The notes under the pieces were generated by a model, which was given only the letters and a program-made list of their open reading frames with translations, ran no database searches and was not told the origin of the DNA. This document shows positions 1-8,652 of a stretch of DNA of 64,000 nt, one piece after another. Each line of letters begins with the position of its first letter. The stretch's first letter is position 1. The DNA is from Terracidiphilus sp. GTDB taxonomy: Bacteria; Acidobacteriota; Terriglobia; Terriglobales; Acidobacteriaceae. The stretch covers positions 35,486-99,485 of the forward strand of contig DASZLE010000090.1 of the NCBI GenBank assembly GCA_035552475.1, in the 5' to 3' direction. The position numbers and the translations under genes are program-made.

Positions 1-373
1 CGTCGTTGATCTTCTCGGTCATGGTGTACATCAGCCGCGCCGTTTGCTTCTCCGGTTTGGAGTCGTCGGGAAAATTCATCCGCGGCCGGCCATTCGGCCC
101 CACGTTCTTCGGGTCGGCGGCATGGCACGCGCTGCAATGCACGCCCAGGTCGCCCTGCCACTTCTCCATCACGTCGCGCACCTGCTGCCCGGTCAGGTTC
201 TTGGCCAGCACTTTCAGGTTGGTCGGCGCCGGAAAGTTCCGCGCCCATTGAGGCGGCGGCCCACCGGCCTGCGGTTGCGGCTGGGGCTCCTGGGCGGCCA
301 CAGATACGGCCACAATCGCCGCAGCCAGCACGGCAGCCGCAGCAACGGAAGAGGTCAACGATCGAATCTTCAA
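1..373 (-). CDS. Secreted c-type cytochrome, reaction-centre cytochrome c (PufC-like) family; 3' end outside window
   Basis: Not in the ORF track. Manual minus-strand translation from TTG at 373 gives MKIRSLTSSVAAAAVLAAAIVAVSVAAQEP...PTNLKVL...LGVHCSACH...DDSKPEKQTARLMYTMTEKIND: signal peptide, CxxCH heme motif and the NLKVL/KxxARxM pattern of this family. Confidence 0.8.
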   Translation of the reverse strand, partial: MKIRSLTSSVAAAAVLAAAIVAVSVAAQEPQPQPQAGGPPPQWARNFPAPTNLKVLAKNLTGQQVRDVMEKWQGDLGVHCSACHAADPKNVGPNGRPRMNFPDDSKPEKQTARLMYTMTEKIND

Positions 374-431
374 GGCGGAAAGGGTTCCTTTGGAAGGGTT
401 TGGGGCAGTGCTTTCTAGTTCAGACGAAATT

Positions 432-1295
432 CTACGGAACAGGGACGCGCCTCCCCTTCAGATTCTTCGGTCCGGAAACGCACGCATTTCCCGGAACCGC
501 AAACCGAAGCGGCCAATCCAGGGCCTGGTTCTTAGGGTTGATCCCGATCCGCGCCGTCACCAGTGCCTCCTCCACCCGGAACCCGTCATCCCGGATCTGC
601 AGCGGAGACCGAGCATCGGTCACGTCCAGCCCGTTATGGCTCGTGCGCAGAACTCCCAGCGCCATGCACATCCGGCTTGGCCCGGAGGCTATCTGCCGCA
701 GCAGCCTCCCGCTCCCCAGAACACCCTCCGGCAACCCGCGATTGGCCGCCATCGCTTCCACGCCTGCCACCGGCTCCATCGCGCGCAGCAGCACGCACCC
801 GGCCAGGCCCTCCGCTTCGCAGGAAACGTTCAGGCAGTAATACATCCCGTAAATCGAGTAGACATAAGCGTGCCCGGCCAGCCCGAACAGCACCCGATTC
901 CGTGGCGTGGGCCCCCGGTGCGAGTGCGCCGCCGGATCAGGCGGATCGTTGTGCGGACCCAGGTACGCCTCCGCCTCCACAATCCGCCCCGCCAGGTAGG
1001 CAGGGGCTGGGTAGGCCAGGGCTGGGTAGGCCGGGGCTGGGTAGGCCGGGGCTGGGTAGGCCAGGGCTGGGTAGGCAGGGGCTGGGTAGGCCAGGGCTGG
1101 GTAGGCCAGGGTTGGGTAGGCCGGGGCTTTAGCCCCGGCATCCGCTTGCCCTTGAATGAATGGGGCTTTAGCCCCTGAAGACAAGCACACCACCAGCTTT
1201 CCCAGCAGCCGCGGCGCCACCAGCTCCGGCCCGTGCGCAAAGAACTCCCGCCCCAGCAGCCGCCCCGGAAGCTTCACTTCTTGCCCTTTTTCCAT
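432..1295 (-). CDS. mpg: DNA-3-methyladenine glycosylase (MPG/AAG family) with an in-frame ~60-aa repeat-derived insertion
   Basis: Motifs GRIVEAEAY, DPAAHS, GHAYVYSIYGMYYCLNV, VLLRAMEP, SGPSR and RIGI. The insert GAKAP...(AYPAL/AYPAP)n lies between LLGKLVV and AGRIVE. Confidence 0.93.
   Translation of the reverse strand: MEKGQEVKLPGRLLGREFFAHGPELVAPRLLGKLVVCLSSGAKAPFIQGQADAGAKAPAYPTLAYPALAYPAPAYPALAYPAPAYPAPAYPALAYPAPAYLAGRIVEAEAYLGPHNDPPDPAAHSHRGPTPRNRVLFGLAGHAYVYSIYGMYYCLNVSCEAEGLAGCVLLRAMEPVAGVEAMAANRGLPEGVLGSGRLLRQIASGPSRMCMALGVLRTSHNGLDVTDARSPLQIRDDGFRVEEALVTARIGINPKNQALDWPLRFAVPGNACVSGPKNLKGRRVPVP
996..1177 (+). repeat. REP-like double hairpin preceded by a tandem array of nine 15-bp GTAG units, inside mpg
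   Basis: GTAG occurs at 996, 1011, 1026, 1041, 1056, 1071, 1086, 1101 and 1116. The last unit continues into GCCGGGGC-TTTA-GCCCCGGC (1120-1139). A second hairpin GGGGCTTTAGCCCC lies at 1162-1175. Confidence 0.92.
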
Positions 1296-1747
1296 TCCTC
1301 CACGAGCGCCAGCACCTGCTCGGCGTGCCCCTCCGGCGTCACCTTGGGAAAGACATGCAGCAACGTCTGGTCCGGCCCGATTACATACGTCGTCCGCTCA
1401 ATCCCCCACACCTTCTTCCCATACATGTTCTTTTCCTTCATCACGCCAAACTGATTGCATACTTTCTCGTCTACATCACAGAGGAGCGTGTACGGCAAGT
1501 TGTATTTGGCCTTGAACTTCGCCTGCGCCGCGGGCGTGTCCCGGCTGATCCCCAGCACCACCGCCCCGGCCTTCAGCAGCTTGACAAAAGCATCGCGGAA
1601 GCCGCAGGCCTCAATGGTGCAGCCCGGAGTATCGGCCCGGGGATAGAAAAAAAGCACAACCGGCTTGCCCTTGTAGTCCGAAAGGCTTACGGTTTTGTTC
1701 TCGTCGGTTTGCAGGCTGAAATCGGCGACCTTCTTGTGCAGTTCCAT
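1274..1747 (-). CDS. bcp: Thioredoxin-dependent peroxiredoxin (BCP/PrxQ)
   Basis: FFYPRADTPGCTIEAC peroxidatic/resolving Cys motif; GIERTTYVI. Confidence 0.95.
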   Translation of the reverse strand: MELHKKVADFSLQTDENKTVSLSDYKGKPVVLFFYPRADTPGCTIEACGFRDAFVKLLKAGAVVLGISRDTPAAQAKFKAKYNLPYTLLCDVDEKVCNQFGVMKEKNMYGKKVWGIERTTYVIGPDQTLLHVFPKVTPEGHAEQVLALVEEWKKGKK

Positions 1748-1896
1748 GGGGTACCCCCTTGTAGCTGAATCTGGTTAGCGTCAATCTGGTTAGGATGAAT
1801 CAAGTGACTGTCCCTCCGCATTATTCCCCGTCCGGCCGCCCGGTGTCACCGCAACGCCGTGCCGCATCCAACTGCGCAGCGCCTGGTCCGTCGCTC

Positions 1897-3282
1897 ATGA
1901 CTGCTCCCTTCCAATCCGTTTTCCTCGCTGCGCTCTCCTGCGCGGCCCTGGCGCTTGCCGCCGCGCCGCTGATGGGGCAGTATCCCGGACAGGTGAAAGA
2001 GAAGTCCAAGGACACCCCCGAGCTGCGTGCCGTCGCCGTCCTCGAGTGGACCGGCGACGCCGGCAAGCCCAAAACGTCCCGGCTGGTGCCGGTAACCATT
2101 TACGACGGCGAACAGTTGCAGGATGCGGGCGTCTACATGGCGCGGCCGCAGCCGCTGGCGCTTGACGCCCAGGTCGAGTACCAGCTCAAGGCCGATGGCA
2201 AGACCATCGGCTTCTTCGACATCAAGAATGCCGGCCAGGAGCAGGGCTCGTGGGTCGGTTTCGGCGATTGGAAAGGCCTTCCCAAGCCGAAGCCTGCCAT
2301 GAAGCCGGCCAAGATCGACGAGGACGAGGACTGGAGCGCCGACGACAAGCCCATCCTGCACCGCAAAAAGCATGCCGATGACAAGTCCAAAAGCGGCAGC
2401 CCGTCGGGGGGCAAGGCGCCGGCAGACGATCCTGACCGGCCCACGCTGCACCGCCCGTCGGGCGACAGCTCCGATTCCCAGCAAAGCTCCGCGGGCACCC
2501 AGCCGGTGGATCCCGATCGCCCGGTCCTGAAGAAGCCGGAGGAGCAGAAACCCGCCAAGCCTGCTGACTCCGCGCACGCCGATTCCACGCCCGACGTCTC
2601 CGACCCCGACCGGCCGCGCCTCATCCGGGGCAAGCCGGCGAACTCCGGCTCGCAGGTGACTCCCACGCTGATGGGCCTGCCGCCCGATATGCAGCAGGCA
2701 GTGGCCGTCTCCGATGCCAGGAACTCGCCCGACCATCCCTGGGTCTTCACTTGGGCAAATCCGGACGATCAGAACAAGATGAAGGCGCAGTTGGAGGACA
2801 TCGCGCGCCAGGCAATGGGGCTCACGCCGCCACCGCCTCCTCCGGCCAGGACTTCCACGCGACGCTCCACGTCGAAGAAAGCCGCTGCCCCCGCGCCGCC
2901 GCCCGAACCCGCGCCGCTCGAGGATGAGCAGTTCCGGGTCTTCGAGCTGGCCTACGATACCGGAGCCACCATGGTCCTCACGGCCCACACGGCCGGAACC
3001 ACAGCGCAGGAAAAGTTCGTAACCGTGATCGGGCAGCCGGACCTTTACGGCAACGTGCGGGTGCTGCTGAAAAGCGTCACCGACGGTTCGCACCTGGATG
3101 AGACTCCGAGAATGCGGCTGGTGGACGCGGTGGACGCCATGGCCGACAACCGCGGCGAGCTGCTCTTCGAACTGCGCGGCGAGACGCAGCGGCAGTTCGC
3201 GCTCTACCGGGTGCTGCGCGGCGCGGCGACCCGGCTGTTTGTGAGCTCAGCGGGTCCCATCGCGACGGTGGCGAGAGAATAA
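1897..3282 (+). CDS. Hypothetical secreted protein with a central low-complexity region and DPDRP repeats
   Basis: Long ORF with GC-rich coding-like codon usage. Signal-peptide-like N-terminus from ATG 1897; DPDRP(T/V/R)L occurs three times. Confidence 0.8.
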   Translation: MTAPFQSVFLAALSCAALALAAAPLMGQYPGQVKEKSKDTPELRAVAVLEWTGDAGKPKTSRLVPVTIYDGEQLQDAGVYMARPQPLALDAQVEYQLKADGKTIGFFDIKNAGQEQGSWVGFGDWKGLPKPKPAMKPAKIDEDEDWSADDKPILHRKKHADDKSKSGSPSGGKAPADDPDRPTLHRPSGDSSDSQQSSAGTQPVDPDRPVLKKPEEQKPAKPADSAHADSTPDVSDPDRPRLIRGKPANSGSQVTPTLMGLPPDMQQAVAVSDARNSPDHPWVFTWANPDDQNKMKAQLEDIARQAMGLTPPPPPPARTSTRRSTSKKAAAPAPPPEPAPLEDEQFRVFELAYDTGATMVLTAHTAGTTAQEKFVTVIGQPDLYGNVRVLLKSVTDGSHLDETPRMRLVDAVDAMADNRGELLFELRGETQRQFALYRVLRGAATRLFVSSAGPIATVARE

Positions 3283-3433
3283 CAGGGCGACTCTTGCAGT
3301 CCGCCAGGAAGTCCATTTCTCCACCCTGTGGAAAACTTCGCGATCTCGTTCTTATCATTGGAGAAAAAATAGTTTGATAATTCCGCATTCTTAAGACTTA
3401 GATCTGCTAGACTGAAAACAGTCAAGGAACTGC

Positions 3434-3465
3434 GCCCGGCCGAGGAATCTCTTCGCCGGGCTTTT
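3434..3465 (+). terminator. Putative intrinsic terminator
   Basis: GCCCGGCCGAGGA-ATC-TCTTCGCCGGGC followed by TTTT. Confidence 0.5.
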
Positions 3466-3541
3466 CAATTCAGCGGCATTGGGTGGCCCCCTTGGGAATG
3501 TGGCCAATCGAGCTGTGCAACTTTGGGATGTGCCCAGTCGA

Positions 3542-3588
3542 GCTGTGCCCCATCCATCCGCTCGGGTTTTTTTGAGCGGATGGATGGG
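3542..3588 (-). repeat. Divergent inverted copy of the CCCA(C/T)CCATC...GATGGATGGGGCACAGC hairpin repeat
   Basis: The reverse complement of 3542-3558 equals GATGGATGGGGCACAGC of the repeats at 7753 and 8523. Perfect stem CCCATCCATCCGCTC/GAGCGGATGGATGGG. Confidence 0.75.
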
Positions 3589-3607
3589 CGGGAAAATGGT
3601 ACCGGAG

Positions 3608-3804
3608 TCACTGCAGTTAGAGGGCGTAACACCATGAATCCACAAGACATCGCCGTTTTTTATTTCGCACTTTTCGGTCCGGCCGCGAAATGCTGAAAAG
3701 CAGAACAGAATGCCGAGGGCGAGGGTCGAAATCACTGCAGTTTATGGGCATAAACCGATGAATAGACAAGACATCGCCGTTTTTTTATTTCGCCAATTCG
3801 GTCC
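3608..3804 (+). repeat. Two tandem copies (3608-3680, 3732-3804) of a ~73-bp non-coding motif
   Basis: Both read TCACTGCAGTT..GGGC(G/A)TAA..ATGAAT..ACAAGACATCGCCGTTTTTT(T)ATTTCGC..TTCGGTCC. Confidence 0.88.
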
Positions 3805-3972
3805 ACTCGCGTCCCATCGCCGAAGGCGAGGCCGACATTCACCGGAAGATGGGGCAAACCAGGATATTTTTCCGGGATTGAGACCGGATTGCCTCATCGA
3901 AAATTGTTCCCTGGGCTACAATTAGCTTATAAGTGGACAATCTAGGTCCCCTTTCTAAGGACACCCTACTGA

Positions 3973-4974
3973 ATGGCATCTGTGGTCACCGTTCCTCCTT
4001 CCGTTGAAACCGAAACGGTTGTTTCCGCCAAACCGATCGCCGGCGCACCAACCTCAACCGCCAGCGTGCGTGTTCACGTGATCCCGGCGCGGGACCAGGT
4101 GAATATGGGCCGCGCCGCCACTGTGCCGGAAGGTGTGAACTGGATCACCATGGTGGCCTTGATCGTGTTTCACGCGGGGGCGCTGGGCGCCTTGTTTCTC
4201 TTCTCCTGGCAGCGGTTTGCGGTAGCGGCGGTGCTGTACGTTCTGGCCATCAACGTGGGCATCGGGATGTGCTACCACCGGCTGCTGACGCACCGCGGGT
4301 ACCACGTGCCCAAGTGGCTGGAGTACACCATGACGGTGTGCGCGACGCTGTCGCTGGAAGGCGGACCGATCTTCTGGGTTTCGACCCACCGGGTGCATCA
4401 CCAGAAGAGCGACCAGGAAGGCGACCCCCACACGCCGAAGGAAGGCGGATGGTGGGCGCACGCGGGATGGCTCCTTTTCGGCAAGTCAATGCACGCGCAG
4501 ATTGAGGCGCTATCGCGCTACTCGCCGGACCTGCGCAAGGACAAGTTCCATTGCTGGCTGAGCAAATGGCACTGGCTTCCGATCACGGCCAGCGGCGTAG
4601 TCCTGCTTGCCGGCGGCTGGATCTTCGGCGGCTTTGTCAACGGCATTGCCATGGTACTGTGGGGCGTTCTGCTGAGGGTCACGATCGGCCTCCACGCCAC
4701 CTGGCTGGTGAACTCGGCGACCCACATGTGGGGCAGCCGGCGGTTTGAGACCAAAGACGGCTCGCGCAACAGCTTCTGGGTGGCGCTGCTGACGGGCGGC
4801 GAGGGCTGGCACAACAACCACCATGCGCATCCGGTGAGCGCGCGGCACGGGCTGAGGTGGTACGAGATCGACCCCAACTTCTACGGGATCTGGATTCTGG
4901 AGAAGCTGGGCCTGGCGCGCAAGGTGAAGGTAGCGCAGTACGATCCAAAGGACCCCAAGCCGGCTGGAATGTAA
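3973..4974 (+). CDS. Membrane fatty-acid desaturase (delta-9 acyl-CoA/acyl-lipid type)
   Basis: His boxes HRLLTH, HRVHH and WHNNHH; LVNSATH; hydrophobic TM segments. Confidence 0.93.
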   Translation: MASVVTVPPSVETETVVSAKPIAGAPTSTASVRVHVIPARDQVNMGRAATVPEGVNWITMVALIVFHAGALGALFLFSWQRFAVAAVLYVLAINVGIGMCYHRLLTHRGYHVPKWLEYTMTVCATLSLEGGPIFWVSTHRVHHQKSDQEGDPHTPKEGGWWAHAGWLLFGKSMHAQIEALSRYSPDLRKDKFHCWLSKWHWLPITASGVVLLAGGWIFGGFVNGIAMVLWGVLLRVTIGLHATWLVNSATHMWGSRRFETKDGSRNSFWVALLTGGEGWHNNHHAHPVSARHGLRWYEIDPNFYGIWILEKLGLARKVKVAQYDPKDPKPAGM

Positions 4975-4997
4975 GAACAGTTTTCAGTTTTCAGAAG

Positions 4998-5030
4998 AAA
5001 AGCCTCCGCGCATGGCGCGGGGGCTTTTTT
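4998..5030. terminator. Bidirectional intrinsic terminator between the convergent desaturase and fumC
   Basis: AAAAGCCTCCGCG-CATGG-CGCGGGGGCTTTTTT. Confidence 0.8.
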
Positions 5031-5035
5031 GCGAT

Positions 5036-6511
5036 TCATTCGCAGCCGAGGTCGCGGCGGGGATTGCCTACCTGCTTCTTTGGGTCGATGAGACGATCGA
5101 AGTCTTCGGCACTGATGAAGTGGCTCTGGAGGGCTGCTTCGCGGAGGGTGAGGTTGTGCTCGAGGGCGCTGTGAGCGATCTGGGCGGCGCGGTCGTAGCC
5201 GATGGCGGGGCTGAGGGCGGTGACCAGCATCAGAGAATCGGCGACGGAGCGGTCAATGCGGGCGCGGTCGAGCTCGATGCCTTCCACGCTGTGTTCGCGC
5301 ATGGAGCGGCAAGCGTCGGCGAGGATGCGGGCGGAGTGAAGCACGTTGTGGACGATGAGCGGGCGCATGGTGTTGAGCTCGAAATTGCCCTGGGCCCCGG
5401 CGAAGGCGACCGCGGCGTCAAGGCCGAGGACCTGCGTGCAGACCATGACCATGGCTTCCTGCTGGGTGGGGTTCACCTTGCCGGGCATGATGGAGCTCCC
5501 GGGCTCATTGGCGGGAAGGATGAGCTCGTGGAGGCCGGCGCGGGGGCCTGAGCCGAGCCAGCGGAGATCGTTGGCGATTTTGATGAGGGCCACGGCGAGG
5601 CCTCGAAGGGCGGCGCTGGCGGCCACCATTGGGTCGACCGAGGCGAGGGCGGCGAACTTGTTGCGGGCCGAGGTAAAGGGTTGGCCGGTGAGGGTAGCGA
5701 TCTCCATGGCGATGCGCGGACCGAAGTCCGCGGGCGCGTTGATGCCGGTGCCGACGGCGGTGCCCCCGAGGGCGAGGGGATAAAGCCCCTGGGCGGCATG
5801 GGCGATCTGAGCGAGGGCGTCTTCAAGCTGGACGGTGTAGCCGGACCACTCCTGGCCGACGGTGAGCGGTGTGGCGTCCTGGAGGTGGGTACGGCCGAGC
5901 TTGACCACGTCGACCCAGGCGCGCGCTTTTTCCCAGATGGCGTCTTTGAGGGCGGTGACCGCGGGGACAAGGCGCCCGGCGAAGGCCAGCACCGTGGCGA
6001 TATGCATGGCGGCGGGGAAGGTGTCGTTGGAGGATTGCGAGAGGTTAACGTCGTTGTTGGGGTGGATGGGCGTGCGGCTGCCGAGCACGCCGCCGGCAAG
6101 CTGGATGGCGCGGTTGGAGATGACCTCGTTGACGTTCATGTTGGTTTGCGTGCCGGAGCCGGTTTGCCAGACGGAGAGGGGGAATTCGGAGTCGAGACGG
6201 CCGGAGAGGATTTCGTCGGCGACGCGGGCGATGAGATCGGCTTTCCATGGGGGCAGGAGGCCTTCGGCGGTGTTGACGCGGGCGGCGGCTTTCTTGATAA
6301 GGGCTAGGGCATGGGCGACCTCGATGGGCATGCGGTCCTGATTGGTAGCGCCGGCGCCGATGGCGAAGTGACGGAGGGAGCGCTGGGTCTGTGCGCCCCA
6401 GTAGTGCCCGGCGGGGACGTCGATGGGGCCCATAGAGTCGGACTCGGAGCGCTGGCCGGTGGCGCCGGTACCGATGGGGAGGTCGAGGATGGTGGGCGCG
6501 GGATCGGGCAT
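5036..6511 (-). CDS. fumC: Class II fumarate hydratase
   Basis: [45 protein letters not shown] and the [11 protein letters not shown] signature. Start placed at ATG 6511; the upstream part of the track ORF is antisense to the SDR. Confidence 0.95.
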   Translation of the reverse strand: MPDPAPTILDLPIGTGATGQRSESDSMGPIDVPAGHYWGAQTQRSLRHFAIGAGATNQDRMPIEVAHALALIKKAAARVNTAEGLLPPWKADLIARVADEILSGRLDSEFPLSVWQTGSGTQTNMNVNEVISNRAIQLAGGVLGSRTPIHPNNDVNLSQSSNDTFPAAMHIATVLAFAGRLVPAVTALKDAIWEKARAWVDVVKLGRTHLQDATPLTVGQEWSGYTVQLEDALAQIAHAAQGLYPLALGGTAVGTGINAPADFGPRIAMEIATLTGQPFTSARNKFAALASVDPMVAASAALRGLAVALIKIANDLRWLGSGPRAGLHELILPANEPGSSIMPGKVNPTQQEAMVMVCTQVLGLDAAVAFAGAQGNFELNTMRPLIVHNVLHSARILADACRSMREHSVEGIELDRARIDRSVADSLMLVTALSPAIGYDRAAQIAHSALEHNLTLREAALQSHFISAEDFDRLIDPKKQVGNPRRDLGCE

Positions 6512-6679
6512 GGAAGAGATGATAGCCCCTGGCCTGAAGCCGGTAGCCAGTAGCTCAATCCAGAGAGCATAAGGCGATGAGGCGAGACGAAAGCAGCTAC
6601 CGGCTACAGGCTGCGTTCTGTCGGCGAAGCAGGGGCATTGGCGGTGGGCGCATCCAAGCGGGCAGAGAGGAGATTGTCT

Positions 6680-7711
6680 GTGCGGAGACGCGAGGTGGTG
6701 GTGATTACGGGGGCATCGGCAGGAGTGGGGCGGGCAGCAGCGCGGGAGTTTGCGCGCAGGGGCGCGGATGTGGGATTGCTGGCACGGGGGCGGGATGGGC
6801 TCCGGGCGGCGGCGCGGGAAGTGGAGTCGCTGGGCGGCCGGGCCGTGGCGCTGGAAACCGATGTGGCGGATGCGACGGCGGTGGAGCGCGCGGCGGAGAC
6901 GGTGGAGCGGGAGCTGGGGCCAATCGACATCTGGGTGAATAACGCAATGACCAGCGTATTTGCGCCCATCCGGGAGACGACGGCGGAGGAATTCCACCGG
7001 GTAACGGAGGTGACGTACCTGGGATACGTATATGGGACGCTGGCGGCACTCAAGCGCATGCAGGCGCGGGACCGGGGCACGATTGTGCACGTGGGGTCGG
7101 CGCTGGCGTACCGGAGCATTCCATTGCAGGCAGCGTATTGCGCGTCGAAGCACGCGATTCTGGGTTTTTATGCAGCGCTGAGGACGGAACTGCTGCACGA
7201 CCGGAGCGGGGTGAAGACGACGATGGTGCAGATGCCGGCGCTGAACACGCCACAGTTTGGGTGGGTGCGGAGCAAGCTGCCCAGGAAGGCACAGCCGGTG
7301 CCGCCGATTTACCAGCCGGAGGTGGCGGCGCGGCTGATCTGGAAGGCCGCGCACCAGCCGCACAAGCGGGAGTGGTACGGGGCGTGGAGCGTGGTGAAAG
7401 CGATTGTGGGGAACAAGGTGGCGCCGTGGTATGCGGACCGGTACCTGGCGAAACATGGGTACGACGCGCAGCAGTACGGCGGGCACGAGTACGCAGGACG
7501 GGCGGACAACCTGTACCAGCCGGTGGGTGGGGACCACGGGGCTCACGGAGCGTTTGACGCGCGGGCCGAAGACTGGAGCGCGGAGGCCTGGGCCGAGGAG
7601 CACGCGGGATGGCTGACGGCGGGGCTGTGCCTGGGTGCGGCGGCGGTCGCGCTGACGCTGGGGCGCGGGAAGGTGCGGAACGCAGTAGCGGAGCTGAAGA
7701 AGGCGGCGTGA
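6680..7711 (+). CDS. Short-chain dehydrogenase/reductase with C-terminal membrane anchor
   Basis: TGASAGVG, WVNNA and YCASK catalytic motif. GAGGAG lies 7 nt before GTG 6680. Confidence 0.9.
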   Translation: MRRREVVVITGASAGVGRAAAREFARRGADVGLLARGRDGLRAAAREVESLGGRAVALETDVADATAVERAAETVERELGPIDIWVNNAMTSVFAPIRETTAEEFHRVTEVTYLGYVYGTLAALKRMQARDRGTIVHVGSALAYRSIPLQAAYCASKHAILGFYAALRTELLHDRSGVKTTMVQMPALNTPQFGWVRSKLPRKAQPVPPIYQPEVAARLIWKAAHQPHKREWYGAWSVVKAIVGNKVAPWYADRYLAKHGYDAQQYGGHEYAGRADNLYQPVGGDHGAHGAFDARAEDWSAEAWAEEHAGWLTAGLCLGAAAVALTLGRGKVRNAVAELKKAA

Positions 7712-7752
7712 GGCGGCAGCGGAGTTAGCGGGGTTAGGAAAGACTATAAAAC

Positions 7753-7812
7753 GCTGTAGATATCCCACCCATCGCGCGGTGAGGCATACGCGATGGATGG
7801 GGCACAGCCGGC
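7753..7812 (+). repeat. 60-bp hairpin direct repeat, copy 1 (left of parDE)
   Basis: GCTGTAGATATCCCACCCATCGCGCGGTGAGGCATACGCGATGGATGGGGCACAGCCGGC, identical to 8523-8582. Confidence 0.95.
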
Positions 7813-7880
7813 ATCCCCGGGCTCATTGTTGGATGGCCTCCATGTCCCGCGCTGGGCCTGCCACTACGTTTCGCAGGCGG

Positions 7881-8177
7881 CTATTCAAACCGCGATTTGA
7901 AAGGAATCATTTGCTCGTGCAGCACGCGAACGATCAGCACGCCATCCTCTTGCGGAAGATAGAAGATTATGTGCTTCTGATGCTCAAATCGCCGTAGACC
8001 GGGCAGAATGGAATCGCATTTGTGGCCGATTTCGGCATTGTCCGCCAGGAGTTGGAAGCACTTCTCGAGGTCTTCCAGATAGCGCTCGGTCTGCGCAATT
8101 CCCCAGGTCTTCAGCGTAAATCGGACAATGGCTTTGAGGTCTGATTCAGCGCGTCTTGCTACGCTGTACGCCGGCAC
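7881..8177 (-). CDS. parE: Type II toxin, ParE (RelE/ParE) family
   Basis: 98 aa; AESDLKAI..T..WG..Q...Y, G.RRF...HIIFY, VLIVRVLHEQM. Overlaps the end of the antitoxin. Confidence 0.88.
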   Translation of the reverse strand: MPAYSVARRAESDLKAIVRFTLKTWGIAQTERYLEDLEKCFQLLADNAEIGHKCDSILPGLRRFEHQKHIIFYLPQEDGVLIVRVLHEQMIPFKSRFE

Positions 8178-8437
8178 TGCTCCTCCTGATCAGCGGCTTC
8201 ATCGATGTAGGATCGAAGCCGGCCGAAAACGCCAGGCTCTGCAATGCCACTGTCCATGCCTTCCTGGATTGCCTGCCGCAGGAGAGCCATGGAGTCCTGA
8301 TACCGCCGTTCTTCCTGCTCCAGCATGCGCAAAGCCGACCGCATCACCTCGCTGGCATTGGAGTACCGTCCGGTTTCCACCATGGAAGCGACAAAATGAT
8401 CGAGTTCCACGGTTAGATTCACATTGCGGGTAGGCAT
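8159..8437 (-). CDS. parD: Type II antitoxin, ParD (RHH) family
   Basis: MPTRNVNLT...FVASMVETGRYSNASEVMRSALRMLE...LRQAIQEGMDSG; SD GAGGT upstream. Confidence 0.9.
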   Translation of the reverse strand: MPTRNVNLTVELDHFVASMVETGRYSNASEVMRSALRMLEQEERRYQDSMALLRQAIQEGMDSGIAEPGVFGRLRSYIDEAADQEEQCRRTA

Positions 8438-8453
8438 GACGCACCTCGACTCA

Positions 8454-8484
8454 AGTATAGGCGGGATTGGCAAACTTGGCCAAT
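8454..8484 (-). promoter_or_regulatory. Putative parDE promoter (-10 TATACT) with overlapping inverted-repeat operator
   Basis: AGTATA at 8454-8459 reads TATACT on the minus strand. ATTGGC-N7-GCCAAT lies at 8466-8484. Confidence 0.5.
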
Positions 8485-8522
8485 TCGATTGCCTCCGCAG
8501 ATTTTGTAAGAACCGATAAAAA

Positions 8523-8582
8523 GCTGTAGATATCCCACCCATCGCGCGGTGAGGCATACGCGATGGATGGGGCACAGCCGGC
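8523..8582 (+). repeat. 60-bp hairpin direct repeat, copy 2 (right of parDE)
   Basis: Identical to 7753-7812, 770 bp apart. Confidence 0.95.
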
Positions 8583-8652
8583 GTACCCGGCACATTGGCC
8601 CATGACTCAACGCCGGGAGCGGCCTGCTGATGGCTGATGGCTCTTGGCTGTT

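Noticed and set aside
1-373. Evidence of phototrophy from the PufC-like cytochrome
   Set aside because: No puf/bch genes are in the window, and short members of this family occur in non-phototrophs.
996-1130. CRISPR array
   Set aside because: The 15-bp units are contiguous with no unique spacers, lie inside a CDS, and no cas genes are present.
6512-7768. 910-aa fumarase fusion suggested by the ORF track
   Set aside because: The upstream ~420 codons are the antisense shadow of the SDR gene; FumC homology starts near ATG 6511.
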